A stretch of DNA of 64,000 nt, taken from positions 1,000 to 64,999 of the forward strand of contig JADGOB010000007.1 in the NCBI GenBank assembly GCA_017883185.1, in the 5' to 3' direction. The notes below the pieces were generated by a model. That model searched no databases, was not told the DNA's origin, and was given only the letters and a program-made list of their open reading frames with translations. Positions within the stretch are counted from its first letter, which is position 1. Each line of letters starts with the position of its first letter. Position numbers and translations under genes: made by a program. Positions 10,646 to 23,253 of this stretch are shown one piece after another. Source of the DNA: Acidobacteriota bacterium (lineage in GTDB: Bacteria; Acidobacteriota; Vicinamibacteria; Vicinamibacterales; Fen-181).

Positions 10646-11485
10646 TCAGTCGCCGCCCTCTCGCTGCGGCCCCTTGACGATGCCGTCGATGCGCACGAGT
10701 CGATCGAGCAGCGCCTCCAGCCGATCGAGGCGGAGCGCGTTCTGCGCATCGCTTTTCGCGCGCGGCGGATCGTCGTGCACTTCGAGGAAGACACCGTCGA
10801 CGCCCGCCGCCACGCCAGCCGAGCCGAGTGGCTCGATGTACTCCGCCAGCCCGGCCGTCACCCCGTCGCCCCCACCGGGCAGCTGGAGACTGTGCGTGAT
10901 GTCGAAGATCACCGGGTACCCGAGCTCACGCATCATCGGGAACGCCCGCATGTCCACAACCAGGTTGTTGTAGCCGAACGAGGTGCCGCGCTCGGTGATC
11001 AGCACCCGCTCGTTGCCGGCGCCTGTGACCTTCGCGATCGCGTGGCGCACGTCGCGCGGCGCGAGGAACTGTCCCTTCTTGATGTTGACCGCGCAGCCGG
11101 TTGAGGCGGCGGCCACCAGCAGATCCGTCTGGCGACACAGGAACGCCGGGATCTGCAGCACGTCCGCCACTTCGGCGGCCGGGGCGGCGTGCGACGGATC
11201 GTGGATGTCGGTGAGAATCGGCACACCAAGGTCGGCCTTGATGCGGCCGAGGATCCGAAGGCCTTCCCGAAGCCCGGGCCCACGATACGACGAAATGGAC
11301 GTCCGATTCGCCTTGTCGTACGACGCCTTGAAGATGAACGGCACGTGGCGCTTCGCGGCGATCTCGCGAATGGCCAGCGCCATCTCGGCGGCATGCGCCG
11401 CACTCTCGATGACGCAGGGGCCGGCGATGAGGGCGAACGGATGGTCGCCGCCCAGGCAGACGGAGCCAATCTCGACGGTGTTCAC
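10646..11485 (-). CDS. kdsA: Kdo 8-phosphate synthase
   Basis: AGPCVIES, KASYDKANRTS, QIPAFLCRQT, KKGQF; start uncertain (GTG 11485 or ATG 11494). Confidence 0.96.
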   Translation of the reverse strand: MNTVEIGSVCLGGDHPFALIAGPCVIESAAHAAEMALAIREIAAKRHVPFIFKASYDKANRTSISSYRGPGLREGLRILGRIKADLGVPILTDIHDPSHAAPAAEVADVLQIPAFLCRQTDLLVAAASTGCAVNIKKGQFLAPRDVRHAIAKVTGAGNERVLITERGTSFGYNNLVVDMRAFPMMRELGYPVIFDITHSLQLPGGGDGVTAGLAEYIEPLGSAGVAAGVDGVFLEVHDDPPRAKSDAQNALRLDRLEALLDRLVRIDGIVKGPQREGGD

Positions 11486-11516
11486 GCGGGACATTATACA
11501 GGGAGCCGCCAGCACG

Positions 11517-11583
11517 CAGTTTTCAGTGGTCAGTTGAACACGAGCGGCACACTGCCAACTGACAACTGGCAACTGACCACAAC
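11517..11583. repeat. Heptamer arrays (CAACTGA-like) in inverted orientation
   Basis: cagttttcagtggtcagttg ... actgccaactgacaactggcaactgaccac. Confidence 0.65.
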
Positions 11584-11589
11584 CTGCAA

Positions 11590-13251
<1,662 letters not shown>

Positions 13252-14043
13252 TCAGTGGTGGAGCCCGGGCGCGAGGAGGCGCCGGACTCGTTCGAGATCG
13301 GCCGGGGTATCGACCCCGATGGAATCGTAGCTGGTTTCCACGGCCCGGATGCGAAACCCGTGCTCGAGCGCACGAAGTTGCTCGAGTGATTCCGCCTGCT
13401 CGAGCGGCGTCGGCTCGAGGCGGGCAAAGTCGAGAAGGAACTGTCTCCGGTATACGTACAGGCCGATGTGCTTGAATGCGCGGCCCGGGTCGAGGCCTTC
13501 GACCGCGTCGCGGGCGAACGGAACCGCGGCCCTGGAGAAGTACAAGGCAAACCCCCGACGATCCGTCACCACCTTCACCACGTTCGGGTTCTGGAGATCG
13601 GCGGGGTCCTCGATTCGTCGGCAGAGCGTGCCCATCGGAATCGACGGGTCATCCGCCAGCGGGGCGACGGCCTCTGCGATCATCTCGGTCGCGAACATCG
13701 GCTCGTCACCCTGCACGTTGACGACGAGATCGCAGGACAACGAGGCGGCGACCTCGGCCAGCCGATCGGTGCCGCTGCGGTGATCGGCCCGGGTCATCCA
13801 CGCGATGCCGCCAAAAGCCTCAACGGCCTCGCGCACGCGCTCGTCGTCGGTGGCGACCACGACGGCATCCACCGCGGGTGACGCGGCCGCGCGACGGTAC
13901 ACGTGCTCGATCATCGGCCGACCGCCAATATCGGCGAGAGGCTTTCCCGGAAGACGCGAGGATTGATATCGCGCGGGGATGATGGCGACGCGTCGTGCGC
14001 CGGTCAACGAACGGGTGTGCCTGCGGTCCCTGTCAGGGTGCAC
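13252..14043 (-). CDS. kdsB: CMP-Kdo synthetase
   Basis: [34 protein letters not shown]. Confidence 0.95.
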   Translation of the reverse strand: MHPDRDRRHTRSLTGARRVAIIPARYQSSRLPGKPLADIGGRPMIEHVYRRAAASPAVDAVVVATDDERVREAVEAFGGIAWMTRADHRSGTDRLAEVAASLSCDLVVNVQGDEPMFATEMIAEAVAPLADDPSIPMGTLCRRIEDPADLQNPNVVKVVTDRRGFALYFSRAAVPFARDAVEGLDPGRAFKHIGLYVYRRQFLLDFARLEPTPLEQAESLEQLRALEHGFRIRAVETSYDSIGVDTPADLERVRRLLAPGLHH

Positions 14044-14107
14044 GGCGAATCATAGCACACCGTTGCGCGGGCTGAGCACGCGCGCGCGACGCATGTAGAA
14101 TAGGAGG

Positions 14108-14629
14108 GTGACGCGGACGCAGGCCGAACTCCTTCTGCTCGGCGCCCTCCTGCTCGGAGCCTGGCTGGCCTTCGGCGCGGGCTCCAGCCTGCCGTCTTCG
14201 GCGACTGGCGGGGCGCGCGGGGGAGGATCGATGGGGGACCGGCCGGTAGACAACGGCCTCGGCGAGCGCGCGCGGGCGATGCGGTCGCGCGTGGCGGCGC
14301 CCCGGCCGCCGAGCCCCGTGCGGCGCAACCTGTTCAGCTTTCGTGAAGACCCACCCGCTCCCGCCAGCCGAACGCAGGCGGCTGCCCTTGCCGTCGCGGA
14401 ACCGGAGCCTGCGCCGTCACGACCGGAGATGACGTTGTCGGGGATCGCCGAGGACACGGGAAACGGCAGCCCGATCCGGACTGCCGTCATCTCGGCGCGC
14501 GGTCAGTTGGTGCTGGCCAGGGAGGGGGACCGGGTCCTCGCGCGATTCGTGGTGCTGCGAATCACCGCCGACGCGGTGCAGCTCGAGGACAGCGAAGGGG
14601 GCGAGGTCTTCACCCTCGTCCTCAAATAG
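14108..14629 (+). CDS. Hypothetical membrane-anchored protein
   Basis: GTG with aggagg, N-terminal hydrophobic helix, Pro-rich linker, beta-rich C-terminus (LSGIA...AVI...REGD). Confidence 0.65.
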   Translation: MTRTQAELLLLGALLLGAWLAFGAGSSLPSSATGGARGGGSMGDRPVDNGLGERARAMRSRVAAPRPPSPVRRNLFSFREDPPAPASRTQAAALAVAEPEPAPSRPEMTLSGIAEDTGNGSPIRTAVISARGQLVLAREGDRVLARFVVLRITADAVQLEDSEGGEVFTLVLK

Positions 14630-15452
14630 TCCGCGGCGGCGCCTCCGGGATTCCCTCGCGGCGCTTCATGCCGTCGGGCACCTTGGCAATCGACGCTGGG
14701 CATTTCTGCTTCCCCAGCTTCAGGTAGTCGAACACGAGCTGGCGCTTCATCAACTGGATGGCGCGAGCCGGGTCCACGCCCTTCGGGCAGACGCGCGAGC
14801 ACTCGCCCGCGAAGTGGCAGCGCCACGGGCCGCGCTCTCCCGACAGCACCTGCTTGCGGGCGGCGAACCCGCCGTCGCGGCTGTCCGAGTTGTAGCGATG
14901 CGCCTGGGCGAGCGGCATCGGCCCCGCGTAGACCGGGTCGGTCGCACAGGTCGGGCAGGCGGCCATGCAGCAGCCGCACTTGATGCAGTAGGAGAACTGG
15001 AGGTACTGCTCCAGTTGGTGCGCCGACTGCCAGTACTCGCCCGTTGGCTGCCGCTGCTCGTTCGTGTCGTCGCGGATGATATACGGCTGCGTCTCGGTGT
15101 GCGCCTTGAACATCGGGATCAGGTCGGGCACCAGGTCGCGGATGATGTTGAAGTTGGGGAGCGGCGCAACCGTGATGAGGCTGCTCTCCAGTTCCGACAC
15201 CTGCGTGTTGCACGCGAGCCGAGGCCGACCATTGATGAACATGCCGCACGACCCGCAGACGCCCATGCGGCACGACGAGCGCCACGCAAGCGTGGGGGAG
15301 AGCGATTCCTTGATCTGCTTGAGCCCTTCGAGGACGGTCATGCCGGGCGGCCAGGGGACGCGGTAGTCCTCCCAGTGCGGATCGGCGTCGGTCGTCGGGT
15401 CGAAGCGACGGATACGAAAGACGACCTCGGATGTGACAGTGTGGTCAGCCAT
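14622..15452 (-). CDS. sdhB: Succinate dehydrogenase/fumarate reductase Fe-S subunit
   Basis: SCRMGVCGSC, CIKCGCCMAACP, CHFAGECSRVCPK. Confidence 0.93.
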   Translation of the reverse strand: MADHTVTSEVVFRIRRFDPTTDADPHWEDYRVPWPPGMTVLEGLKQIKESLSPTLAWRSSCRMGVCGSCGMFINGRPRLACNTQVSELESSLITVAPLPNFNIIRDLVPDLIPMFKAHTETQPYIIRDDTNEQRQPTGEYWQSAHQLEQYLQFSYCIKCGCCMAACPTCATDPVYAGPMPLAQAHRYNSDSRDGGFAARKQVLSGERGPWRCHFAGECSRVCPKGVDPARAIQLMKRQLVFDYLKLGKQKCPASIAKVPDGMKRREGIPEAPPRTI

Positions 15453-15466
15453 GTCATCCCCCTCGA

Positions 15467-15841
15467 TTAGGCGCTGCGCGCCACCGTGAATCCCGCCCAC
15501 GCCGCCCAGGTGCCGATGGCGAACAGGACGAGTCCGGCCACCAGGAACAGGCCGTTCATCGCCTTCTTCGCCGGCGCGCCTGGGTTCAGCTCGAAGAGGA
15601 TGTTCCGCAGGCCGTAGAACCCGTGGAACAGCGCCGTGCCGAGCAAGAGCACGTAGGTGACGAGGAAGAAGACGCTCTTGCCCCGGGCGACCACGTTCGA
15701 CCAGTCCACCGGTTCGCCCGGTGCCGGGTTGAAGACCCTGACGATCGCATCGAGGTGCATGACCGTCATGTGGAGCCCGAGGAGCACCAGGATTACGGCT
15801 CCCGCGCCGATATGCCACGTCCACAGTCGTTGATCGCGCAC
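15467..15841 (-). CDS. sdhD: Succinate dehydrogenase membrane anchor subunit
   Basis: Three TM segments, FHGFYGLRNIL; located within sdh cluster. Confidence 0.75.
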   Translation of the reverse strand: MRDQRLWTWHIGAGAVILVLLGLHMTVMHLDAIVRVFNPAPGEPVDWSNVVARGKSVFFLVTYVLLLGTALFHGFYGLRNILFELNPGAPAKKAMNGLFLVAGLVLFAIGTWAAWAGFTVARSA

Positions 15842-15849
15842 GTTTCCTC

Positions 15850-16281
15850 CTACTTCAAGAAGCCGATGCCGCCGACGATCGCGAGGATCGCCGCCAGGAT
15901 CATCACCCCGATGGCCAGCGGGCGCTGCTCGTCAACCGACGTCCGGTACGGATAGACCGGCTCGATCGGCTGGCCGATCGCGAATCCGAGTTCGACGAGC
16001 ACCAGGCGGATCCCGTTCACGGCGTGAAACGCGAACGCCGCAAACACCAGGAACTCGCCCACGCTGAAGAGCGGTCCCTTCACAACGCCCATCGTCGAAG
16101 TCCAGGCGTTCTCGCCGAAGGCCCGCGACGAGGTGATGCCGATGTGCATCACGAAGTAGGCGAGCAGGGCGAGGCCCGTCAGTCGGTGCAGGGCGTAGAG
16201 GTAGCGCTCGAACCCCCATCGGCCCCCGCCCAGCCAGCCCTTCACCCCGAGGCGGTTCGGACGTCCTTTGTTCTCGATCAT
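15850..16281 (-). CDS. sdhC: Succinate dehydrogenase cytochrome b subunit
   Basis: LHRLTGL...HAVNGIR; RBS gagga before ATG 16281. Confidence 0.82.
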   Translation of the reverse strand: MIENKGRPNRLGVKGWLGGGRWGFERYLYALHRLTGLALLAYFVMHIGITSSRAFGENAWTSTMGVVKGPLFSVGEFLVFAAFAFHAVNGIRLVLVELGFAIGQPIEPVYPYRTSVDEQRPLAIGVMILAAILAIVGGIGFLK

Positions 16282-16301
16282 GGTGTCCTCGTCAGCAGGA
16301 T

Positions 16302-18017
16302 TCAGTACTTCCGTTCCACCGGCTTCCATTGATCGATGACCACGGGCTTGTAGTCGAGCCGTGGCGCGCCGCCCGTATACCAGGCGAGCGTGTGCTTCAG
16401 CCACTGTTCGTCGTCGCGCGTCTCGAAGTCGCGTCGGGCGTGGGCGCCGCGCGACTCCTCGCGCGCGATCGCGCCGACGATGGTGATCTCCGCGAGCGCG
16501 AGGAGGTTCTCCAGTTCGAGCGCGTGGAACAGGTTCGAGTTGTATAGCGCGCCCTTGTCGTTGACGGGCGCGTGCGCCGACCGTTCCCGGATGTCGCGGA
16601 CCACCGACAGCCCATGGCGCAGTTCCTGGCCGGTGCGGAACACGCCCACGTCGCGGTCCATCATCGCACGCAGTTCGCGCCGCAGCGCGTAGAGGTTCTC
16701 CGTCCCCTGCCGCGCCATCAGGTCGGCGATGCGCGCCTGGCGGTCGGCCACGAGCTTCTCTGGGACGGGCGCCGGCTTGCCGAGCGACGGCAGCGCCTTC
16801 ACGATCTCCGCGCCGGTAATGCCGCCCCACACCAGGCACTCGCCGGTCGAGTTCGCGCCGAGGCGATTCCCGCCGTGCAGCGACACCGCAGCGGCCTCGC
16901 CCGCCGCCCAGACGCCCGGGATCCGGGTGAGACCGTCGATGTTGGTCTCGATCCCGCCCATCGAGTAGTGCGCCACCGGCCGGATCGGGATCGGCTTCTC
17001 GATCGGGTCGAGGCCGATGAACTTGATGCACACCTCCCGGATCAGCGGGAGGCGCGAGTTGATGCGCTCGGCGCCGAGGTGCGTGAGATCCAGGTGGATG
17101 CACGGCAGGCCGTCTGACCCCGGAATGCCGCGACCGGCTTCGATCTCGATCTGCTCGGCGCGGGAGACCATGTCGCGCGGCGCGAGCTCCATCTTGCTCG
17201 GCGCGTAGCGCTCCATGAACCGTTCGCCCTTGGCGTTCTTCAGGTAGCCGCCCTCGCCGCGGCACGCCTCGGTCATCAGGATGCCGTTCGGCACGAGACC
17301 CGTCGGATGGAACTGGAGGAACTCCATGTCCTCGAGCGGCAGCCCCGCCCGGTAGGCCATGGCCATCCCGTCGCCCGTGACCGTTTCCGAGTAGGTGGTG
17401 AAGCCGTAGAGCGTGCCGCCGCCGCCGGTGGCGATCAGCAGCGCCTTGGCCCGCAGTACCACGCTGTCGCCACTCGGCGCGTGGATGCCGAGCAGGCCGG
17501 CGAACCGGCCGCCCTCCACGAGCAGATCGGTGACGAAGAACTCATCGTAGCGCGTGAAGCTCTTGTAGCGCAGCAACTGGTCGTACAGCGTCTGCAGTTC
17601 GAAGAAGCCGGTCTTGTCGGCGGCCATGGTCGCGCGGGGATAAGAGTGCCCGCCGAACGGGCGCTGCGCGATGCGGCCGTGCTCGTCGCGCGTCCACGGG
17701 ATGCCCCAGTGATCGAGCAGACGGATTTCGTTGGGAATCGTGTTGACGAAGCGGCGGACGACATCCTGGTCAGCGAGGAAGTCGGAACCCTTGTTCGTGT
17801 CCCAGGCGTGGAGGTCGGTCGAGTCGCCTTCCTCGGTGCGCAGCACGGCCGCGGTGCCGCCTTCCGCGCACACCGAGTGGGCGCGCATCAACTGCACCTT
17901 CGACACGATGCCGACGTCCACGCGACCATCCAGGCGCGAACAGATCTCGACAGCGGCGCGCAGGCCGGCCAGTCCCGCGCCGAGAATGAGAACGTCGTGG
18001 GTCAGGCTCTGAGCCAT
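16302..18017 (-). CDS. sdhA: Succinate dehydrogenase/fumarate reductase flavoprotein
   Basis: GAGLAG, RAHSVCAEGG, QFHPTG, HYSMGG, LHGGNRLG, ESRGAH; RBS ggagg. Confidence 0.95.
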   Translation of the reverse strand: MAQSLTHDVLILGAGLAGLRAAVEICSRLDGRVDVGIVSKVQLMRAHSVCAEGGTAAVLRTEEGDSTDLHAWDTNKGSDFLADQDVVRRFVNTIPNEIRLLDHWGIPWTRDEHGRIAQRPFGGHSYPRATMAADKTGFFELQTLYDQLLRYKSFTRYDEFFVTDLLVEGGRFAGLLGIHAPSGDSVVLRAKALLIATGGGGTLYGFTTYSETVTGDGMAMAYRAGLPLEDMEFLQFHPTGLVPNGILMTEACRGEGGYLKNAKGERFMERYAPSKMELAPRDMVSRAEQIEIEAGRGIPGSDGLPCIHLDLTHLGAERINSRLPLIREVCIKFIGLDPIEKPIPIRPVAHYSMGGIETNIDGLTRIPGVWAAGEAAAVSLHGGNRLGANSTGECLVWGGITGAEIVKALPSLGKPAPVPEKLVADRQARIADLMARQGTENLYALRRELRAMMDRDVGVFRTGQELRHGLSVVRDIRERSAHAPVNDKGALYNSNLFHALELENLLALAEITIVGAIAREESRGAHARRDFETRDDEQWLKHTLAWYTGGAPRLDYKPVVIDQWKPVERKY

Positions 18018-18559
18018 CCGGACCTCCTTGCACGTCACATCTGGTACCCGTGCGAGTGAGCATGAGGAAACGGAACCGCGCGTCGTGGAGGGCATGCGCA
18101 CGGTACCGGGCAAGCGCGCGAATTCTACCTCCTGGCGCAGATGGTTGCAAGCCGATGTTGCGCGCCGACTTCCGTTGCCCATGCACTCAACCACTTGCTG
18201 TCCACGTGCTCAACCACGGAAATCACGGCGGAACACGGCGACGAACGCCTCGGCGCAGCAACAGGTTGCGGCGTCTGACGTGTCTGATGGCCGCGGACAT
18301 GTCGGCGCTTGCGGGGGACGAAGAGGCGTCCGCGCGGACCGAGGTCACGCGACTGCGCGGATTACAGGATTGTGACTGCAATCCGGGGTGAGGCGGCGTG
18401 ATGCCCCAGGATGGTGCAAAGTGGAAGAACGTGCGATTGTGTTGCGGAAACTGCGACTTGCCGGGCGCTTTTCAACAGGGTTTTCCACAGATTCTGTTGA
18501 AAGTGCGGAGCCGAAGGAGGGGAGGTGACCTAAGGAAACTGTTTTCCTCCCGTTTTCGT

Positions 18560-18589
18560 TTGACGCCGCCGGGCGCCCGTCGCTAGCAT
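18560..18589 (+). promoter_or_regulatory. Putative sigma70 promoter for sucCD
   Basis: TTGACG-18 nt-TAGCAT, about 50 nt upstream of sucC. Confidence 0.5.
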
Positions 18590-18640
18590 GGCTGGACCGC
18601 TCATGCGGGACTGATCACTTCTCATGCGGGGGCGAGGATT

Positions 18641-19803
<1,163 letters not shown>

Positions 19804-19804
<1 letters not shown>

Positions 19805-20679
19805 TGGCAGTCCTACTCGATACATCCACGCGTCTCCTCGTCCAGGGCCTCACGGGCCGCGAGGGCACGTTTCACGCCAAGGCGGCCGCCGCATACGGCA
19901 CGACGATTGTCGGCGGCGTCACGCCGGGCAAGGGCGGCACCACCCACGAAGGCTGGCCGATCTTCAACACCGTCCATCAGGCGGTGGCCGAGACGGGGGC
20001 GAACGCGTCGTTGATCTTCGTCCCGCCTCCCGCGGGCGCCGACACGGTGATGGAAGCGGTGGACGCCGGGCTCGCCCTCGTCGTCTGCATCACCGAGGGC
20101 ATCCCGACGCTCGACATGATGCGGGTCGTGACGTTCATGCGCGGCAAGGCATCCCGGCTGATCGGCCCGAACTGCCCGGGGCTGATCTCTCCCGGCAAGG
20201 CGAAGGCCGGCATCATCCCCGGCCACATCTGCAGGGAAGGGTGTGTCGGCATCGTCTCGCGCAGCGGGACGCTGACCTACGAGGCGATCCAGCAGACGAC
20301 GCAGCTCGGTTACGGGCAGACGACGTGCATCGGCATCGGCGGCGACCCGATCATCGGGACCACGTTCGTCGATGCGCTGCGGCTCTTCAATGCCGACCCG
20401 GAGACCGAGGCGGTCGTGATGATCGGGGAGATCGGCGGTACTGCCGAGGAAGAAGCGGCAGACTTCATCAAGCGGGAGTTCAGGAAGCCGGTGGTCAGCT
20501 TCATCGCGGGCCAGACGGCGCCGCCGGGGCGTCGGATGGGGCACGCGGGGGCGATCATCGCCGGCGGCAAGGGCACCGCGGCGGAGAAGATGGCGGCCCT
20601 CTCTGCGGTCGGGGTGCACGTCGTGAAGAGCCCGGCCGAGATAGGGGCCGCGGTCAAGATGGCGCTCCGCTCTTCCTGA
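19804..20679 (+). CDS. sucD: Succinyl-CoA synthetase alpha subunit
   Basis: [32 protein letters not shown]. Confidence 0.97.
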
Positions 20680-20794
20680 TCCCACCGATGGTCGGGTCCC
20701 ATGCCGGGCGCGAGCCCGGCGACCCCAGATCGGTTTTCGGGGAATGCCCATGACACCTCCAGAACTCGCTGTGCAGGAAGGGTCGGTGCTGCCT

Positions 20795-20870
20795 GCCACG
20801 CCGAAGTCGTGGTTCGACAGGCTCACCACGCCCTGAGCAAGGTCGAAGGGCGCGGAGCGACGAAGGCGGG
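20795..20870. repeat. Composite REP-like palindromic element
   Basis: cgtggt-tcgacaggctc-accacg and gccct-gagcaaggtcga-agggc hairpins inside cgccgaag...gaaggcg. Confidence 0.65.
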
Positions 20871-20947
20871 ACGATGAGGGGTCGCCGGAAGAGAGGCGAG
20901 GTCGTCATCGGGCCTCCTGCCGGGGTGGTGTACAATCGAACGCACTT

Positions 20948-21361
20948 ATGGAACGAACGTTTGCGATCATCAAGCCGGACGCCGTGGGTCAGCACATGAT
21001 CGGCCAGATTCTCGATCGGATCGAGACGGCGGGATTTCAGACCCGTGCCATGCGGATGGCGCGCCTGACCAAGAAGGAAGCTGAAGGGTTCTACGCGGTC
21101 CACCGCGAGAAGTCGTTCTTCGGTGGGCTGACCGACTTCATGTCGTCCGGCCCGGCCGTCCTCATGGTGCTCGAGGCGCCCGACGCGATTCGCAGGTGGC
21201 GCGACCTGATGGGTGCGACCGACCCGGCCAAGGCCGCTCCCGGCACGCTTCGGAAGGCGTTTGGGACGTCGATCGATCGCAACGCCACCCATGGATCGGA
21301 TGCCCCGGAGACCGCCGCGTACGAGATCGGGTACTTCTTCTCCGGGATCGAATTGATCTAG
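20948..21361 (+). CDS. ndk: Nucleoside diphosphate kinase
   Basis: MERTFAIIKPDAV, MGATDP, NATHGSD. Confidence 0.97.
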   Translation: MERTFAIIKPDAVGQHMIGQILDRIETAGFQTRAMRMARLTKKEAEGFYAVHREKSFFGGLTDFMSSGPAVLMVLEAPDAIRRWRDLMGATDPAKAAPGTLRKAFGTSIDRNATHGSDAPETAAYEIGYFFSGIELI

Positions 21362-21436
21362 ACACCGTCCCGGGCTGCGATCGCGATGGGTGAAGCGTTC
21401 TCTGTGGGGCCCCCGGAAGGTGTTTTCTCCAGCGTC

Positions 21437-21634
21437 ATGCCGAAACTGCTGATCGTGACTGGCCTGGCCATCGCCGCCGCCGGCGCGGTGTGGTGGCTCG
21501 GTGTGCCGCTCGGGCGCCTCCCGGGCGATATCGTCGTCCGCCGCGGTGCCTTTTCGTTCTATTTCCCGTTGACCACCTGCGTGCTCGTCAGCGTGGTCCT
21601 CACGGCCTTGCTCGCGGTGCTGCGCCGCTGGTAG
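21437..21634 (+). CDS. DUF2905-like small membrane protein
   Basis: LGRLPGDIVV...FYFPLTTC signature between two TM segments. Confidence 0.85.
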   Translation: MPKLLIVTGLAIAAAGAVWWLGVPLGRLPGDIVVRRGAFSFYFPLTTCVLVSVVLTALLAVLRRW

Positions 21635-21689
21635 CAGCACCAACGGTTGGTAGGGTGTGGCATCCGGCGTCCTCATCGAGAGTGCCAAG

Positions 21690-21978
21690 GTGATTCGTCC
21701 CTACCGCTCGACCCTGCCGCGCATCGATCCCACCGCTTTTCTTGACGAGAGCGCCCAGGTGATCGGCGACGTCGAGATGGGCGCGGAGTCGGGCGCGTGG
21801 ATGAACGTGGTCATCCGGGGCGACGTGAACTGGATCCGGATCGGCCGGCGGACCAACATTCAGGATGGGTCGATCACCCTTCGCCGCGCGCTGTCTGCCG
21901 GGGAGGTGGCGTCGATCGCGGACTACGCGCAACGGATACGTCGGCTACGCGCGGGAGTACCGGGAACGTCGGGACTGA
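21690..21978 (+). pseudogene. Gamma-carbonic anhydrase family (YrdA-like) remnant
   Basis: MIRPY...SAQVIGDV...VIRGDVNWIRIG..TNIQDGSI joins directly to the C-terminal helix (RRALS..EVASIADYAQR); YVGYAREY follows in a shifted frame. Confidence 0.8.
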
Positions 21979-21987
21979 AGTCACCAT

Positions 21988-23238
21988 ATGATTGCTGCAA
22001 TTCGTGGAACACAGGACATCCTGCCAGGGACGATCGAGCGCTGGCAGTTCGTCGAGGCAACCGCGTGCCGCGTCTTCGAACAGTATGGCTACGCGGAAAT
22101 CCGGACCCCGATCATCGAGCGCGAGGAGTTGTTCGCCAAGGGCACGGGCGAGACGACGGACATCGTCCAGAAGGAGATGTACGCGTTCACCGACAAGGAC
22201 GGCGAGAGGATTGCGCTCCGTCCGGAGGCAACACCCAGCCTGGTGCGCGCCTTCGTCGAGCACTCGCTCGAGCAGGCGATGGCCGTGCCGAAGATCTACA
22301 CGCTTGGCCCGATGTTCCGGCGCGAACGGCCCCAGAAGGGACGCTACCGCCAGTTCCACCAGCTCGACGTCGAGGTGTTCGGCGTGAAGGACCCGTCGGT
22401 GGACGGGGAGGTCATCGACCTGGCGTGGACGCTGATCCGCGAGCTGGGCATAACCGGTGTGGAACTCGCGGTGAACTCGGTCGGCTGCCCGGTCTGCCGG
22501 CCGTCGTTCGCCGCGGCGCTGGTGGCCGCGCTCGGCGAGGATGTGCAGACGCTGTGCGGCGACTGCCAGCGACGGGCGGTGGCAAACCCGCTACGGATCT
22601 TCGACTGCAAGGTGCCGGCGGATCAGAGAGTCATCGACGCGCTGCCTCACACGATCGACTACCTGTGCGACGAGTGCCGGACGCATTTCGAGGCGGTCAG
22701 GCGCTATCTCGACGTCTTCGGGATTCCCTACACCCTCTCGCATCGCCTGGTGCGCGGCCTCGATTACTACACGCGGACGACGTTCGAGGTGCTGGCCGGG
22801 CAGATCGGCGCGCAGAACGCGGTGCTCGGCGGGGGGAGGTACGACGGCCTGGTGAAGCAGCTGGGCGGGCCCGACCGGGTGGGCATCGGGTTTGCAGCCG
22901 GGGTCGAACGGCTCGTGCTGGCGCTGCCCGACACCCTGGCCCTGCCCGAGAAGCGGCCGGCCGTGTTCATCGCGGCGATCGGAGAGCCGGCGCGGGAGGC
23001 CGCCCTGACGCTGCTGCGCGACCTGCGCCGTGCAGGCGTGAACGCGCAGGTCGAGTACGAAGGGCGATCGCTGAAGTCGCAGATGAAGCGGGCCGACCGG
23101 CTGAAGGCCCCGCTCGTGTTCATCCTCGGCGAAGACGAGCTGGCGCGCGGCGAGGTCAGCGTGCGCCGCATGGCGACCTCTTCGCAGGAGTCCGTACCGC
23201 TCAGCGGGGCGGTGGAGTTCGTGAAGACGAGCCAGTAG
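21988..23238 (+). CDS. hisS: Histidyl-tRNA synthetase
   Basis: KEMYAF, LRPEAT, RERPQKGRYRQFHQ, LVRGLDYY, GGRYDGL. Confidence 0.98.
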   Translation: MIAAIRGTQDILPGTIERWQFVEATACRVFEQYGYAEIRTPIIEREELFAKGTGETTDIVQKEMYAFTDKDGERIALRPEATPSLVRAFVEHSLEQAMAVPKIYTLGPMFRRERPQKGRYRQFHQLDVEVFGVKDPSVDGEVIDLAWTLIRELGITGVELAVNSVGCPVCRPSFAAALVAALGEDVQTLCGDCQRRAVANPLRIFDCKVPADQRVIDALPHTIDYLCDECRTHFEAVRRYLDVFGIPYTLSHRLVRGLDYYTRTTFEVLAGQIGAQNAVLGGGRYDGLVKQLGGPDRVGIGFAAGVERLVLALPDTLALPEKRPAVFIAAIGEPAREAALTLLRDLRRAGVNAQVEYEGRSLKSQMKRADRLKAPLVFILGEDELARGEVSVRRMATSSQESVPLSGAVEFVKTSQ

Positions 23239-23253
23239 GGATTCAGGAGTCAT

